Shown here: piece by piece, positions 27,535 through 36,833 of the stretch
How positions within the stretch are numbered: the first letter of the stretch is position 1
Layout of the letters: each line of letters starts with the position of its first letter
Assembly (NCBI GenBank): GCA_045611685.1
Contig: JAZKXO010000106.1
Coordinates: 92,493-156,492, forward strand
Direction of reading: 5' to 3'
Source: Eubacteriales bacterium
GTDB taxonomy: Bacteria > Bacillota > Clostridia > Oscillospirales > CAG-272
Length of the DNA: 64,000 bases
Translations under genes and position numbers: made by a program
The notes under the pieces: generated by a model
The model's input: the letters and a program-made list of their open reading frames with translations, nothing else
Databases searched by the model: none
What the model was told of the DNA's origin: nothing

Positions 27535-29982
27535 TCAGATAATCGTTGTAGGGATGCGGTGATCCTTGGGCGTCGGGATTGCCGGAGTTTCGTTCTTTGC
27601 CGTTTTCTTCTCAAACGTTGTCACCGGCGCTTTCATGATAGACGCAGTGTCGGCGCACAGCGCAACGCGGAGAACCTCCTCAGCCGTTTTAGCGGGAATG
27701 AAGAGGAGTCCGTCGCGAACGATCGGATCGATCTCCGTGAGATCCGCTTCGTTATCGTGCGGGACCAGGACTTTCGTCACACCGGCAGACCATGCAGCAG
27801 TGGTCTTTTCTTTGAGTCCGCCGATAGCAAGCACGCGGCCGGTCAAGGTTAACTCGCCTGTCATGGCAACGTCCCGATGAACAGGGCGACCGGTAAGAGC
27901 ACTTGCAACAGAGGTCAGTATCGACACACCGGCGGAAGGACCGTCTTTCGGAACGGCCCCCTCCGGCACGTGGATATGTATGTCTTTTGTTTTGTAGAAG
28001 TCGCTCTGTACGCCAAGCTCGGCCGCGTGAGCACGGATATAGCTGACAGCCAGATGCGCAGATTCTTTCATTACATCACCAAGACAGCCGGTAAGTTCGA
28101 TCTTGCCCGTTCCGTCCATAATGAGCGTTTCAATACGGAGAAGATCTCCGCCCGATTCCGTATAGGCAAGTCCATTCACAACGCCGATCGGATCTTCATC
28201 AAAAATACGATCAGGCAGAAGTTTCTTCGGACCGAGGAACGTGGGAACGTCCTCTTTACGCACGGTAACGGATTTGACCTTCTCTTCGACGATACGCCTG
28301 GCAGCCTTGCGGCAGACGGCGGCAATCTTTCTCTCGAGATTGCGGACGCCGGATTCGCGCGTGTAGCCGTCAATGATCTCAATAAGCGCTTCATCGGTGA
28401 TGCGGAGCATACGGCGGTTCAAGCCGTGGCGCTTATACTGCTTCGGCATCAGATGATTTTTTGCAATCGCAAGTTTTTCGTTTTTCGTGTAGGTCGTGAG
28501 TTCCACGATCTCCATACGGTCAATAAGCGGACGCGGAACGGTGTCAAGCGTGTTAGCGGTTGCGATAAAAAGGCAATCGGAAAGATCTATTGGCATCTCT
28601 ACAAAATGATCACGGAACGCTTTGTTCTGTTCGGGATCAAGGACCTCAAGCATAGCCGAGGCGGGATCGCCGTGAGCGTCGGCACACATTTTATCGATCT
28701 CATCCAGAAGGATAAGCGGGTTATGCCTCCCAGCCTGCGTCAAGGCAGTAACAATTCGTCCCGGCATAGCACCGATGTACGTTTTACGGTGGCCGCGTAT
28801 ATCTGCCTCGTCGCGGATGCCGCCGAGTGAAACACGCACGTATTTGCGGTTCATGGCACGGGCAATAGAAGCGCAGAGCGAGGTTTTGCCGATACCGGGA
28901 GGACCCACGAAGCAGAGGATCTGGCTTCTGAGATTCGGGGAAAGCTGGCGTACGGCCAAGTATTCCAGAATACGGTCTTTCACCTTCTCGAGTCCGTCGT
29001 GATCCGCATCGAGAATTTTCTTAGCTGAAACGACGTCAAGGCGGTCGCGGGAGGTGGTGGTCCACGGAATTTCAAGACAGGTATCAAGATACGTTCTCAG
29101 AACCGTGGCCTCGGGAGAGCCGAACTGCGTCTTATTGAGACGCGCAACCTCTTTTCGGAGTTTTTCGTCGATCTCTGCCGGCAATTGCAGTTTTGCAATT
29201 TTTTCGTAATATTCTTCCACCTCGTCGGCAGTGTCCATACCAAGTTCGCCCTGGATGATCTTCATCTGCTCGCGCAGATAATAATCTCTTTGATTCTCAT
29301 CGATCTGCTCGCGGACACGCTGGTGAATGTGCGCCTCAGTGCGGAGGAGTTCCGCCTCAGTGTCAAGAAGAACAGCCAGAACTTCAAGGCGATGAAGAGG
29401 ATCGTACGCTTCAAGGATCTTCTGCTTGTCCTCGAAGCGTACGAGCACGTTAGACGCAATAAAATCCGCCATAAGACCGGGATTCTTGATCGATCCAGCT
29501 GCAAGGATGAGTTCATCGGAAGCAGACGGAATGAATTTCACGATAGCATGAAGCGAATCCATCGCTTCTTTCATCAGCGCTTCTACTTTTACGTCTCCCC
29601 CGAGTGACCCATCAAGGGAAACTGTCTTGGACATAACGTCCGCCATAATGTGGCCGTCCTTCGTAAAATAGGAGACGGCAGTTGCACGGCACACGCCCTC
29701 TGCAATAACGCGAAGCGTTCCTTCAGCCGTTTTGAGTGTCTGACGGATCTTTGCGACAGCACCTACTTCATACAGATCGTCCGAAGCGGGATTCTCCGTA
29801 TCGATCTGCTTTTGGGCAACCAGGAATATATACATATCCGCCGTGGTGGCGGCGTTGCATGCGGAAATGGAAATATCGCGTGCAAGTTCAAAATTTAAAG
29901 GCAGAGAAGGGAATGCCACAAGTCCGCGCAGGGGAATGACGGGCAGAGTCAGCTTCTCGACCTTTTCAATAAAAGTGGGCAT
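27535..29982 (-). CDS. lon: ATP-dependent Lon protease
   Basis: Track ORF trimmed to ATG 29982, preceded by AAGGAG. LON N-domain, Walker A GPPGIGKTS and catalytic-Ser motif PKDGPSAGV. Confidence 0.95.
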   Translation of the reverse strand: MPTFIEKVEKLTLPVIPLRGLVAFPSLPLNFELARDISISACNAATTADMYIFLVAQKQIDTENPASDDLYEVGAVAKIRQTLKTAEGTLRVIAEGVCRATAVSYFTKDGHIMADVMSKTVSLDGSLGGDVKVEALMKEAMDSLHAIVKFIPSASDELILAAGSIKNPGLMADFIASNVLVRFEDKQKILEAYDPLHRLEVLAVLLDTEAELLRTEAHIHQRVREQIDENQRDYYLREQMKIIQGELGMDTADEVEEYYEKIAKLQLPAEIDEKLRKEVARLNKTQFGSPEATVLRTYLDTCLEIPWTTTSRDRLDVVSAKKILDADHDGLEKVKDRILEYLAVRQLSPNLRSQILCFVGPPGIGKTSLCASIARAMNRKYVRVSLGGIRDEADIRGHRKTYIGAMPGRIVTALTQAGRHNPLILLDEIDKMCADAHGDPASAMLEVLDPEQNKAFRDHFVEMPIDLSDCLFIATANTLDTVPRPLIDRMEIVELTTYTKNEKLAIAKNHLMPKQYKRHGLNRRMLRITDEALIEIIDGYTRESGVRNLERKIAAVCRKAARRIVEEKVKSVTVRKEDVPTFLGPKKLLPDRIFDEDPIGVVNGLAYTESGGDLLRIETLIMDGTGKIELTGCLGDVMKESAHLAVSYIRAHAAELGVQSDFYKTKDIHIHVPEGAVPKDGPSAGVSILTSVASALTGRPVHRDVAMTGELTLTGRVLAIGGLKEKTTAAWSAGVTKVLVPHDNEADLTEIDPIVRDGLLFIPAKTAEEVLRVALCADTASIMKAPVTTFEKKTAKNETPAIPTPKDHRIPTTII

Positions 29983-30012
29983 AAATGTACTCCTTTGGGA
30001 TCTTATCATACT

Positions 30013-30021
30013 ATTATACCA
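30013..30021 (-). promoter_or_regulatory. Extended -10 element (TGGTATAAT) upstream of lon
   Basis: - strand TGGTATAAT about 30 nt upstream of the lon start. There is no good -35 hexamer. Confidence 0.4.
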
Positions 30022-30140
30022 TAACTGAATCAAAAAAGCCATAGAAGTTGGGGAATTTCAAAGAGAATTTTCAATTTTGCAACAATCAAAAGTGATTTTC
30101 AAAGTCAGTTTATAAGAAAGGAGCTGAAAAGGCACACTTA

Positions 30141-30169
30141 TTGACACCAAAGCAATAAAGTGATACAAT
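30141..30169 (+). promoter_or_regulatory. Consensus sigma-A promoter of the GNAT-rqcH-tmcAL unit
   Basis: TTGACA (30141-30146), 17-nt spacer, TACAAT (30164-30169), preceded by TGA. Confidence 0.65.
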
Positions 30170-30250
30170 AAATGCACGAAAAATCCTCGCGTATTTCCAT
30201 AAGCCACTACCGCTTTGTGTGCGAAAATGCGTAAAAGGAGAAATGAATTC

Positions 30251-30955
30251 ATGATTCACATTGAAGATTTGGATTTTTCCGTCTTCGCACTCACCGAGGG
30301 TATGATCGCCGTACCCGCTGAGATAACGCTTTTGCGCGGAGCCTCTGAGCCGCAAATCACCGTTTACGAACAGTTTTTACCCCTCGCCGAGGAGTTTCTT
30401 AAGACTTTCGCTGACGATCCGTTTTCCGAAAAGGCTATCCGTTTTTGGGGCGATCACCTAACCATACCGATGAGATCATTCGGACTTGAGCCATCGGCCG
30501 ATACGGATAACTGTATCCGCATTTTTAAAGCGGATGACGTAACAGATATCCACACGGCACTTATCGCAGAAAATACGCGCCTCATCAATCAAAACAGCGA
30601 ATTGAGAAGATATGAGAATCTGACAACGCATGCGCTTCAGATAGACGAGGATAACCCAGACGATATATGCGCAGTCGCTCTAATAGAAGGCAAGATCGTC
30701 GCCTATGCGGCGCTTAACGATTCGTTTGAAGACGAAAACACACTGGAAATCAGTGTTGAGTGCGCACCGGCGTACCGCAGACGAGGTCTTGCTGCTTCAT
30801 CCGCGGCGGCGCTTACTTATGAACTTATAAAACGCGGATATACTGTTACGTATCAGTGCCGCCGCTCAAACGATGCATCCGCCCGCGTCGCCGAAAAGGT
30901 TGGGTTTAGGGATCTTGGTATGCGCTACAGCTTCGTTTGCTATCGCAATCAATAA
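30251..30955 (+). CDS. GNAT family N-acetyltransferase
   Basis: ATG 30251 follows AAAGGAG. The C-terminal half carries a GNAT core (YRRRGLAASSAAALTYELIKRG ... ARVAEKVGF). Confidence 0.7.
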   Translation: MIHIEDLDFSVFALTEGMIAVPAEITLLRGASEPQITVYEQFLPLAEEFLKTFADDPFSEKAIRFWGDHLTIPMRSFGLEPSADTDNCIRIFKADDVTDIHTALIAENTRLINQNSELRRYENLTTHALQIDEDNPDDICAVALIEGKIVAYAALNDSFEDENTLEISVECAPAYRRRGLAASSAAALTYELIKRGYTVTYQCRRSNDASARVAEKVGFRDLGMRYSFVCYRNQ

Positions 30956-30996
30956 CAAAATTTCCATCTCAGAACTTACGAAAGGAGGGGTGACTC

Positions 30997-32751
30997 GTGG
31001 CTTTTGATGCCGGAGTGCTCGCCTCAATTCTTTACGAAATCGATAAGGAACTAACGGGCGGAAAAATTGAAAAAATACACATGCCTCAAAAGGACATGAT
31101 CGTTATTCTCATGAAAAACGGCGGGGTCTCCCACCGTCTTCTCATCAATGCCGGGCCGTCTTCTCCCCGCATATGCATTACGAACGAGAAAACCGAAAAC
31201 CCCGCAACGCCCCCGATGTTCTGCATGATGCTCCGTAAGCACTTAGGCGGCGCAAAACTGGTAAATGTGCACCAGTTCGGCTTTGAACGCGCGGCAAGGC
31301 TTACCTTCCAGACGTACGATGAGCTCGGCTTCAAAACGGAAAAGCACTTGATTGCCGAAATTATGGGTAAATACAGCAATCTGATTCTAACGGACGCCGC
31401 CGATAAGATCATTGGTTTGCTCAAAAGCGTAGATTTCTCAACCAGCCAGAAAAGACAGCTTTTGCCCGGGATGATATACGAACTCCCGCCAAAGCAAGAC
31501 AAAGCCGACCCCACAACCGTTACGGAAAAGGAATTTAACGGCATGGCGCTTTCCGCAGGCATGGACACCGCCACACACACGTTTATACTTTCCCGTTTTT
31601 TGGGCGTATCGTCTCTCGTTGCACGCGAAATCGCATACCGTGCCGGCGGATCTGCCGATGCACCGCTTCATGTCACGGCGCCCGCACTATGGCGAGAGTT
31701 TTCGGCATACGTTGATGCCATCAAACACCACACCGCAACGCCCACGCTGGTGCTTGATGCGGAAAACACACCGAAGGAGTACTCGTTTATGGCGATTACC
31801 CAATACGGCGATCATATGAAGACGGTGGCTATGCCGAGTTGTTCCGCACTCATTGACACATATTTTGAGAAGAGAAGCCGCCACGATCTCTTAGCACAAC
31901 GTGCATCCGACATCATCCGCATCCTTACTGCCGCCGAAGCGCGTGTTACGAGAAAAACCGCGGTCCAAACCGCAGAACTGAAGGATTGCGAAGACGGCGA
32001 AAAATATCGACTTTACGGCGATCTTATCACAGCGAATATATATCGAATGACAAAAGGTGCACAATTCGCAGATCTTGAAAACTATTATGAAGATGGTGCT
32101 GTCATCCGCATCCCGCTTGATAAAACTCTGACACCGTCGCAGAATGCCCAGCGCTACTATAAAAAATATGCAAAATCAAAAAGCGCGAAAGCGCATCTGA
32201 CTGAGCAGATTGAAAACAGCGCCGGCGAACTTCAATATATAAAGACTGTTTTTGATGCGTTGACGAGAGCGGAAAGCGAAAAAGAACTCACCGAGATCCG
32301 CGACGAGCTGTATCACAGCGGCTATGCCTCGCGCATGAAAAATTACGCCGTGCGAAAAAAAGGGGCACCGACCATTCTGCGTTTTCGCTCAAGCGAGGGG
32401 CGACTCATTTTGTGCGGAAAAAACAATGTCGCCAACGATTATCTTACGACAAAAGTGGCTGAACGCAGCGATTGGTGGTTTCACGTTAAAAATCAGCCGG
32501 GATCGCACGTCGTTATGCAGTCAGCAGGACCGGAAGACGAGCCCACCGAAAAAGAATTTACAGAAGCCGCGACGATTGCCGCCTTGTACTCAAAACTCTC
32601 CAACGGAAGCATGGTGCCGGTAGACTACACCCGCGTGCGGCACGTAAAGAAGCCGTCAGGCGCAAAACCGGGATTCGTAATCTATACGACAAACTGGACA
32701 GCCTACGTTACGCCAAACAGAGAAACAGCCGATCGGCTGCGTGAGAAGTAA
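30997..32751 (+). CDS. rqcH: Ribosome quality control factor RqcH (NFACT / fibronectin-binding protein A family)
   Basis: GTG start after GGAGGGG. N-terminus MAFDAGVLASILYEIDKELTGGKIEKI, 584 aa. C-terminal NFACT-R-like region (WWFHVKNQPGSHVV). Confidence 0.88.
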   Translation: MAFDAGVLASILYEIDKELTGGKIEKIHMPQKDMIVILMKNGGVSHRLLINAGPSSPRICITNEKTENPATPPMFCMMLRKHLGGAKLVNVHQFGFERAARLTFQTYDELGFKTEKHLIAEIMGKYSNLILTDAADKIIGLLKSVDFSTSQKRQLLPGMIYELPPKQDKADPTTVTEKEFNGMALSAGMDTATHTFILSRFLGVSSLVAREIAYRAGGSADAPLHVTAPALWREFSAYVDAIKHHTATPTLVLDAENTPKEYSFMAITQYGDHMKTVAMPSCSALIDTYFEKRSRHDLLAQRASDIIRILTAAEARVTRKTAVQTAELKDCEDGEKYRLYGDLITANIYRMTKGAQFADLENYYEDGAVIRIPLDKTLTPSQNAQRYYKKYAKSKSAKAHLTEQIENSAGELQYIKTVFDALTRAESEKELTEIRDELYHSGYASRMKNYAVRKKGAPTILRFRSSEGRLILCGKNNVANDYLTTKVAERSDWWFHVKNQPGSHVVMQSAGPEDEPTEKEFTEAATIAALYSKLSNGSMVPVDYTRVRHVKKPSGAKPGFVIYTTNWTAYVTPNRETADRLREK

Positions 32752-32753
32752 AG

Positions 32754-33938
32754 ATGAAAACATCCGCCGTTATTTGCGAACTAAATCCACTTCATCACGG
32801 ACACGCTTACATTTTTGAAAAAGCGCGCGAAAACGCAGACTGTGTTATCGCTATCATGAGCGGCAATTTCGTTCAGCGTGCAGAGCCTGCTATTATCGAT
32901 AAATATGCACGCGCAGAAATGGCTCTCCGCGCAGGTGCGGATCTCGTTTTGGAACTGCCGTTCCCATGGTGCGCGGCAAGTGCCGAATATTTTGCCAAAG
33001 CAGGAACACACATCGTCGCCGCTCTGGCTGCTGACTCGCTCACGTTCGGCGTCAACTCAGCTGATACCGATGTTTTGTGGCGTTTTGCAGAGTTTTTCAA
33101 TAACCCCGAAACACAAATTGAAATACAGCAACTTACCAACGAATCAGATCCATCCACAGGCATTGCCACTATTCGCGAAAAATGTCTAAAATCAAAATTC
33201 GGAGGCACATCGAGCGAAATTTTGCACTCGCCGAATGACATTCTTGCCGTTGAATATCTTAGACAAGTACTTATGCACGGTTACGCGATTGAGCCTCGTA
33301 TGTACAAGCGCGTAAGCACGGTGGATAACCCGGATTTTTTAGGCGCCACAGGCATTCGTGCGCTCATCCACGCAAATGAATTCCCACGCGCGAAACCACA
33401 CGTGCCTGATTATGTGTATGAGAAGCTCTCCGATGCATTATCAACAGGGGATTGCGCTTTCCCTGAAAAGTTCAGTGAGATTGCGTTTAATTCTCTCCGC
33501 ACAAATCAAGCCCCGCAAAAAGAAAACGTTGCTGAAGGGAACGGTGGGCTCCTAGCCCGCATCTGCAACGCGGCAAATGAAGCTGTTTCTACTGACGAAA
33601 TGCTCGAACTCGCAAAAACAAAAAAATATACAAACGCGCGCATACGCCGCGTCTTATTATATTATCTTTTAGAAATTTCGCCTGATATGCTTAAAGATGC
33701 GCCGCGTGTTGCGACCGTTCTCGCCGCAAACGAAACCGGATGTGCTTACCTTTCCGCGCAACGCAAATCCGATGCCATAACACTTCTCACAAAGCCTGCA
33801 AATTACCGTTCACTTGACGAATATGCGCGTTTGCAGTACGAGCACACACAGCGCGCGGATCGACTATACACGCTGTGCCGACAAACCATTGTCCCTGCAG
33901 ATTATTATCTGAAAAAGAGCCCGTATATCAAAAAATAA
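32754..33938 (+). CDS. tmcAL: tRNA(Met) cytidine acetate ligase (YlbM/UPF0348 nucleotidyltransferase)
   Basis: N-terminal HxGH-type motif AVICELNPLHHGHAY, 394 aa. Confidence 0.8.
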   Translation: MKTSAVICELNPLHHGHAYIFEKARENADCVIAIMSGNFVQRAEPAIIDKYARAEMALRAGADLVLELPFPWCAASAEYFAKAGTHIVAALAADSLTFGVNSADTDVLWRFAEFFNNPETQIEIQQLTNESDPSTGIATIREKCLKSKFGGTSSEILHSPNDILAVEYLRQVLMHGYAIEPRMYKRVSTVDNPDFLGATGIRALIHANEFPRAKPHVPDYVYEKLSDALSTGDCAFPEKFSEIAFNSLRTNQAPQKENVAEGNGGLLARICNAANEAVSTDEMLELAKTKKYTNARIRRVLLYYLLEISPDMLKDAPRVATVLAANETGCAYLSAQRKSDAITLLTKPANYRSLDEYARLQYEHTQRADRLYTLCRQTIVPADYYLKKSPYIKK

Positions 33939-33964
33939 ACCTCCCGATCGGGAGGTTTATTTTT
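33937..33964. terminator. Bidirectional terminator between tmcAL and tatD
   Basis: AAACCTCCCG ATC GGGAGGTTT hairpin, flanked by an A-run and TTATTTTT. Confidence 0.85.
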
Positions 33965-34751
33965 ATGCTATATTGAACACCCGCAGGGCGTTCCTTGTGG
34001 TTGCAGAAGCAATCTCTTCATCAGATGTTTCTCTCACAGACGCAATCGCGTGCACGATGTACGGAAGATACCCTGAATAATTGAGTTTCCCTCGGTGAGG
34101 CTCGGGCGGGAGATACGGCGCGTCCGTTTCGATCAAGATACGGTCAAGAGAAATGATAGCAGCCGTCTCGCGGAGATTACGGGCGTTTTTATAAGTGATC
34201 GGTCCGGAAAAGGAGATGTACCATCCTTTGTCAACAAGCTGGCGCGCCATCTCGGCACTGCCGCTGAAACTGTGGAGAACGCCCGAAACGTTCGGATGCG
34301 CTCTTAAAATGTCCATCGTATCGCCGTGCGCTTCACGGTCGTGAATGATGACGGGAAGCTTTAACTCTTCCGCTATGGACAGCTGAGTGTCAAAGATTTT
34401 CTTCTGCCGTTCTTTTTTGGAAACGTCCCAGTGGTAGTCGAGACCGATTTCACCGACAGCGACGACCTTCGGGTGCCCACAAAGCGTGCGAATCTCGCAA
34501 AGTACATTCTCCAAATCAGCATCCGGCACGTCGTGGCTGTCGCTGGGGTGGAGTCCCGCCGCGGCGTTCAGGTGTGAAAACTTTTCCGCAAGAGCGATGC
34601 TTTCACGAACCGTATCCGGTGAAGTACCGGCGTTCAGGATATAATGCACACCGGCGTCATAGGCATCGGCAATCGCTTTTTCTGCGCCACCGGGATACTC
34701 CTCTCTGAAACGCGCATCAAAATAATGCGCGTGCGAATCAAAGAATTCCAT
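33963..34751 (-). CDS. tatD: TatD family metal-dependent hydrolase
   Basis: N-terminus FDSHAHY, plus GEIGLDYHW and the IETDAPYL motif. Confidence 0.9.
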   Translation of the reverse strand: MEFFDSHAHYFDARFREEYPGGAEKAIADAYDAGVHYILNAGTSPDTVRESIALAEKFSHLNAAAGLHPSDSHDVPDADLENVLCEIRTLCGHPKVVAVGEIGLDYHWDVSKKERQKKIFDTQLSIAEELKLPVIIHDREAHGDTMDILRAHPNVSGVLHSFSGSAEMARQLVDKGWYISFSGPITYKNARNLRETAAIISLDRILIETDAPYLPPEPHRGKLNYSGYLPYIVHAIASVRETSDEEIASATTRNALRVFNIA

Positions 34752-34760
34752 ATGGACTTA

Positions 34761-36719
34761 TCAGCGGACGCGCTCACCGAGCGGGGTGTCCTCAGCGAGG
34801 AACACAACACGGATCTGTTCTTCACCGGACGCGAGAATCATGCCGTTGCTCTCGATACCGCAGAGAACTGCCGGCTTCAAGTTAGCAACAAGGATAATCT
34901 TCTTACCGATGAGATCCTCGGGCTCATAGAATTTCGCGATTCCGGAAACAACCTGACGTTTCTCGTATCCGAGATCAATTTGGAGTTTCAAGAGCTTCTT
35001 TGCCTTCGGTACTTTTTCGCAAGCGATTACCTGCGCGGTGCGCAGTTCAACGCCCATAAAATCTTCGATACCGATCTGGGCTACGCCTTCCGGCTTCTGA
35101 GCGGTTTTTTCTGCAGCTTCAAGAGCAGCCTGTTTTGCAGCAATTTCCGCGTTAATTTCTTCCATCATTTTCTTTTCATCAATGCGTGCAAACAAAGGCG
35201 TCGCCTCGCCGACGGACGCACCGGGGACAGTTGCGCCGAACTTTAGAAGGGAATCGTAATCGGTAGCCGAAGCGCCGATCTGCGCATAAATGGATTTAGC
35301 GGTGGAAGGCATTACGGGCTCAAGGAGAATTGCCGCTATGCGGATGCACTCAAGCAGGTTGTACATTACCGTACCGAGGCGCGGGAGGGAAGCCTCATCC
35401 TTCGCCAAAGCCCAAGGCGTCGTCTCATCGATATACTTGTTGGTGCGGCGGAGAAGTGCAACGACCGCCTCAATTGCATCGGCAATGTGGTAGGTGTCCA
35501 TCTGGGCGGTGAATTCCGCAACCGTGGAAAGCGCCAGCGCTTTCAGTTCAGCATCCGTTCCTTCATCACCTTGCGGCACGGGAATAACGCCGTCAAAATA
35601 TTTTTTCGTCATCGCAACGGTACGGCTGACGAGATTTCCGAGATTGTTAGCGAGATCCGTGTTGTAACGGTTGATAACATTCTCATAAGTGATCGTGCCA
35701 TCGTTTGCGTAGGGCATTTCGGCGAGTGCATAGTAGCGCACGGCATCCACAGAAAAACGCTCAGCGAGCTCGTCCGCATAGATTACGTTGCCACGGGATT
35801 TACTCATCTTGTCAGCGCCCGCGATAAACCACGGATGTCCGAAGATGCTCTTCGGAAGCGGCAGATCGAGCGACATGAGGAAGATCGGCCAGTAGATCGC
35901 GTGGAAACGGACAATATCCTTGCCGATAATGTGAACGTCGGCCGGCCAGTTATTTTTGTACAAATCCGGCTGCTCGGGATTTTCCGGATCGAAGCCGAGA
36001 GCTGTAATATAGTTCGTGAGCGCATCGAGCCAAACGTAAACGACGTGATCGGGATCAAAATCAACAGGAATGCCCCATTTGAAAGAGGTACGGGAAACGC
36101 AGAGATCCTGAAGTCCCGGCTTCAAGAAATTGTTGATCATTTCCTTTTTGCGGGATTCCGGCTGCAAAAATTCCGGATGCGTATCAAAATGCTCCATGAG
36201 GCGATCGGCGTACTTGCTCATGCGAAAGAAGTACGCTTCCTCTTTTGCTTTCTTCACCTCACGACCGCAGTCGGGGCATTTACCGTCCGCAAGCTGGGTA
36301 TCGGTAAAGAAAGATTCACACGGCGTGCAGTACCAGCCTTCATAGTGTCCTTTATAGATATCGCCTTTGTCGTACATCTTCTTGAACATCCGGGCAACAG
36401 CCTTTTCATGGTGCTCGTCCGTCGTACGGATAAAGTGATCGTAGGTCGTGTCCATCAGATCCCAGATTCTGCGAATCTCGCCCGCAACGGAGTCTACGTA
36501 TTCCTTAGGCGTAATTCCGGCCTCAAGGGCACGGTTTTCGATCTTTTGGCCGTGCTCGTCCGTGCCGGTAACAAAATGCACGTCGTAGCCTCTCTGGCGC
36601 TTGTAGCGCGCGATAGCATCGGTCATAATGATTTCATACGTGTTGCCAAAATGCGGTTTGGAGGAGGCATAGGCGATCGCTGTCGTAATATAAAACTTTT
36701 CTTTCGTCGGCATATTCAT
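34761..36719 (-). CDS. metG: Methionine--tRNA ligase
   Basis: Class I HIGH-type motif (SKPHFGNTYE), KMSKS present, Zn knuckle CPDCG, and a C-terminal Trbp111/EMAP-type tRNA-binding domain. Confidence 0.95.
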   Translation of the reverse strand: MNMPTKEKFYITTAIAYASSKPHFGNTYEIIMTDAIARYKRQRGYDVHFVTGTDEHGQKIENRALEAGITPKEYVDSVAGEIRRIWDLMDTTYDHFIRTTDEHHEKAVARMFKKMYDKGDIYKGHYEGWYCTPCESFFTDTQLADGKCPDCGREVKKAKEEAYFFRMSKYADRLMEHFDTHPEFLQPESRKKEMINNFLKPGLQDLCVSRTSFKWGIPVDFDPDHVVYVWLDALTNYITALGFDPENPEQPDLYKNNWPADVHIIGKDIVRFHAIYWPIFLMSLDLPLPKSIFGHPWFIAGADKMSKSRGNVIYADELAERFSVDAVRYYALAEMPYANDGTITYENVINRYNTDLANNLGNLVSRTVAMTKKYFDGVIPVPQGDEGTDAELKALALSTVAEFTAQMDTYHIADAIEAVVALLRRTNKYIDETTPWALAKDEASLPRLGTVMYNLLECIRIAAILLEPVMPSTAKSIYAQIGASATDYDSLLKFGATVPGASVGEATPLFARIDEKKMMEEINAEIAAKQAALEAAEKTAQKPEGVAQIGIEDFMGVELRTAQVIACEKVPKAKKLLKLQIDLGYEKRQVVSGIAKFYEPEDLIGKKIILVANLKPAVLCGIESNGMILASGEEQIRVVFLAEDTPLGERVR

Positions 36720-36786
36720 TCTCTCCGTGTTGTCTCAAATTGAATGATTGGTAGCGGAAACGCTTCTCGCTTCCGTAACTCTTATT

Positions 36787-36815
36787 ATTATATCAAAGTT
36801 TCCGTTTGTTTACAA
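36787..36815 (-). promoter_or_regulatory. Sigma-A type promoter of metG-tatD
   Basis: - strand TTGTAA (36815-36810), 17-nt spacer, TATAAT (36792-36787), with TG at -15/-14. Confidence 0.6.
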
Positions 36816-36833
36816 GAGGAAGGCGCGGATTTC

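Noticed and set aside
27877-28830. 317-aa + strand ORF
   Set aside because: Antisense to the AAA+ module of lon.
29983-30140. CIRCE (HrcA) or CtsR operator upstream of lon
   Set aside because: There is no TTAGCACTC-N9-GAGTGCTAA inverted repeat and no GGTCAAA tandem repeat. Only the weak ATTTTCAA repeats reported as a low-interest finding are present.
35487-36743. 418-aa + strand ORF
   Set aside because: It lies entirely antisense to metG, whose motifs (HIGH-type, KMSKS, tRNA-binding domain) are unambiguous. The translation is Arg/His/Cys-rich with no motifs, which is typical shadow-frame read-through.
36720-36833. Possible T-box leader upstream of metG (likewise 59023..59115 for proS, and an L-box upstream of lysA at 26881..26907)
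   Set aside because: The gaps are only 114, 93 and 27 nt, which is too short. I found no T-box-like conserved AGGGTGGTACCGCG-type sequence. The metG and proS gaps are largely accounted for by plain sigma-A promoters.
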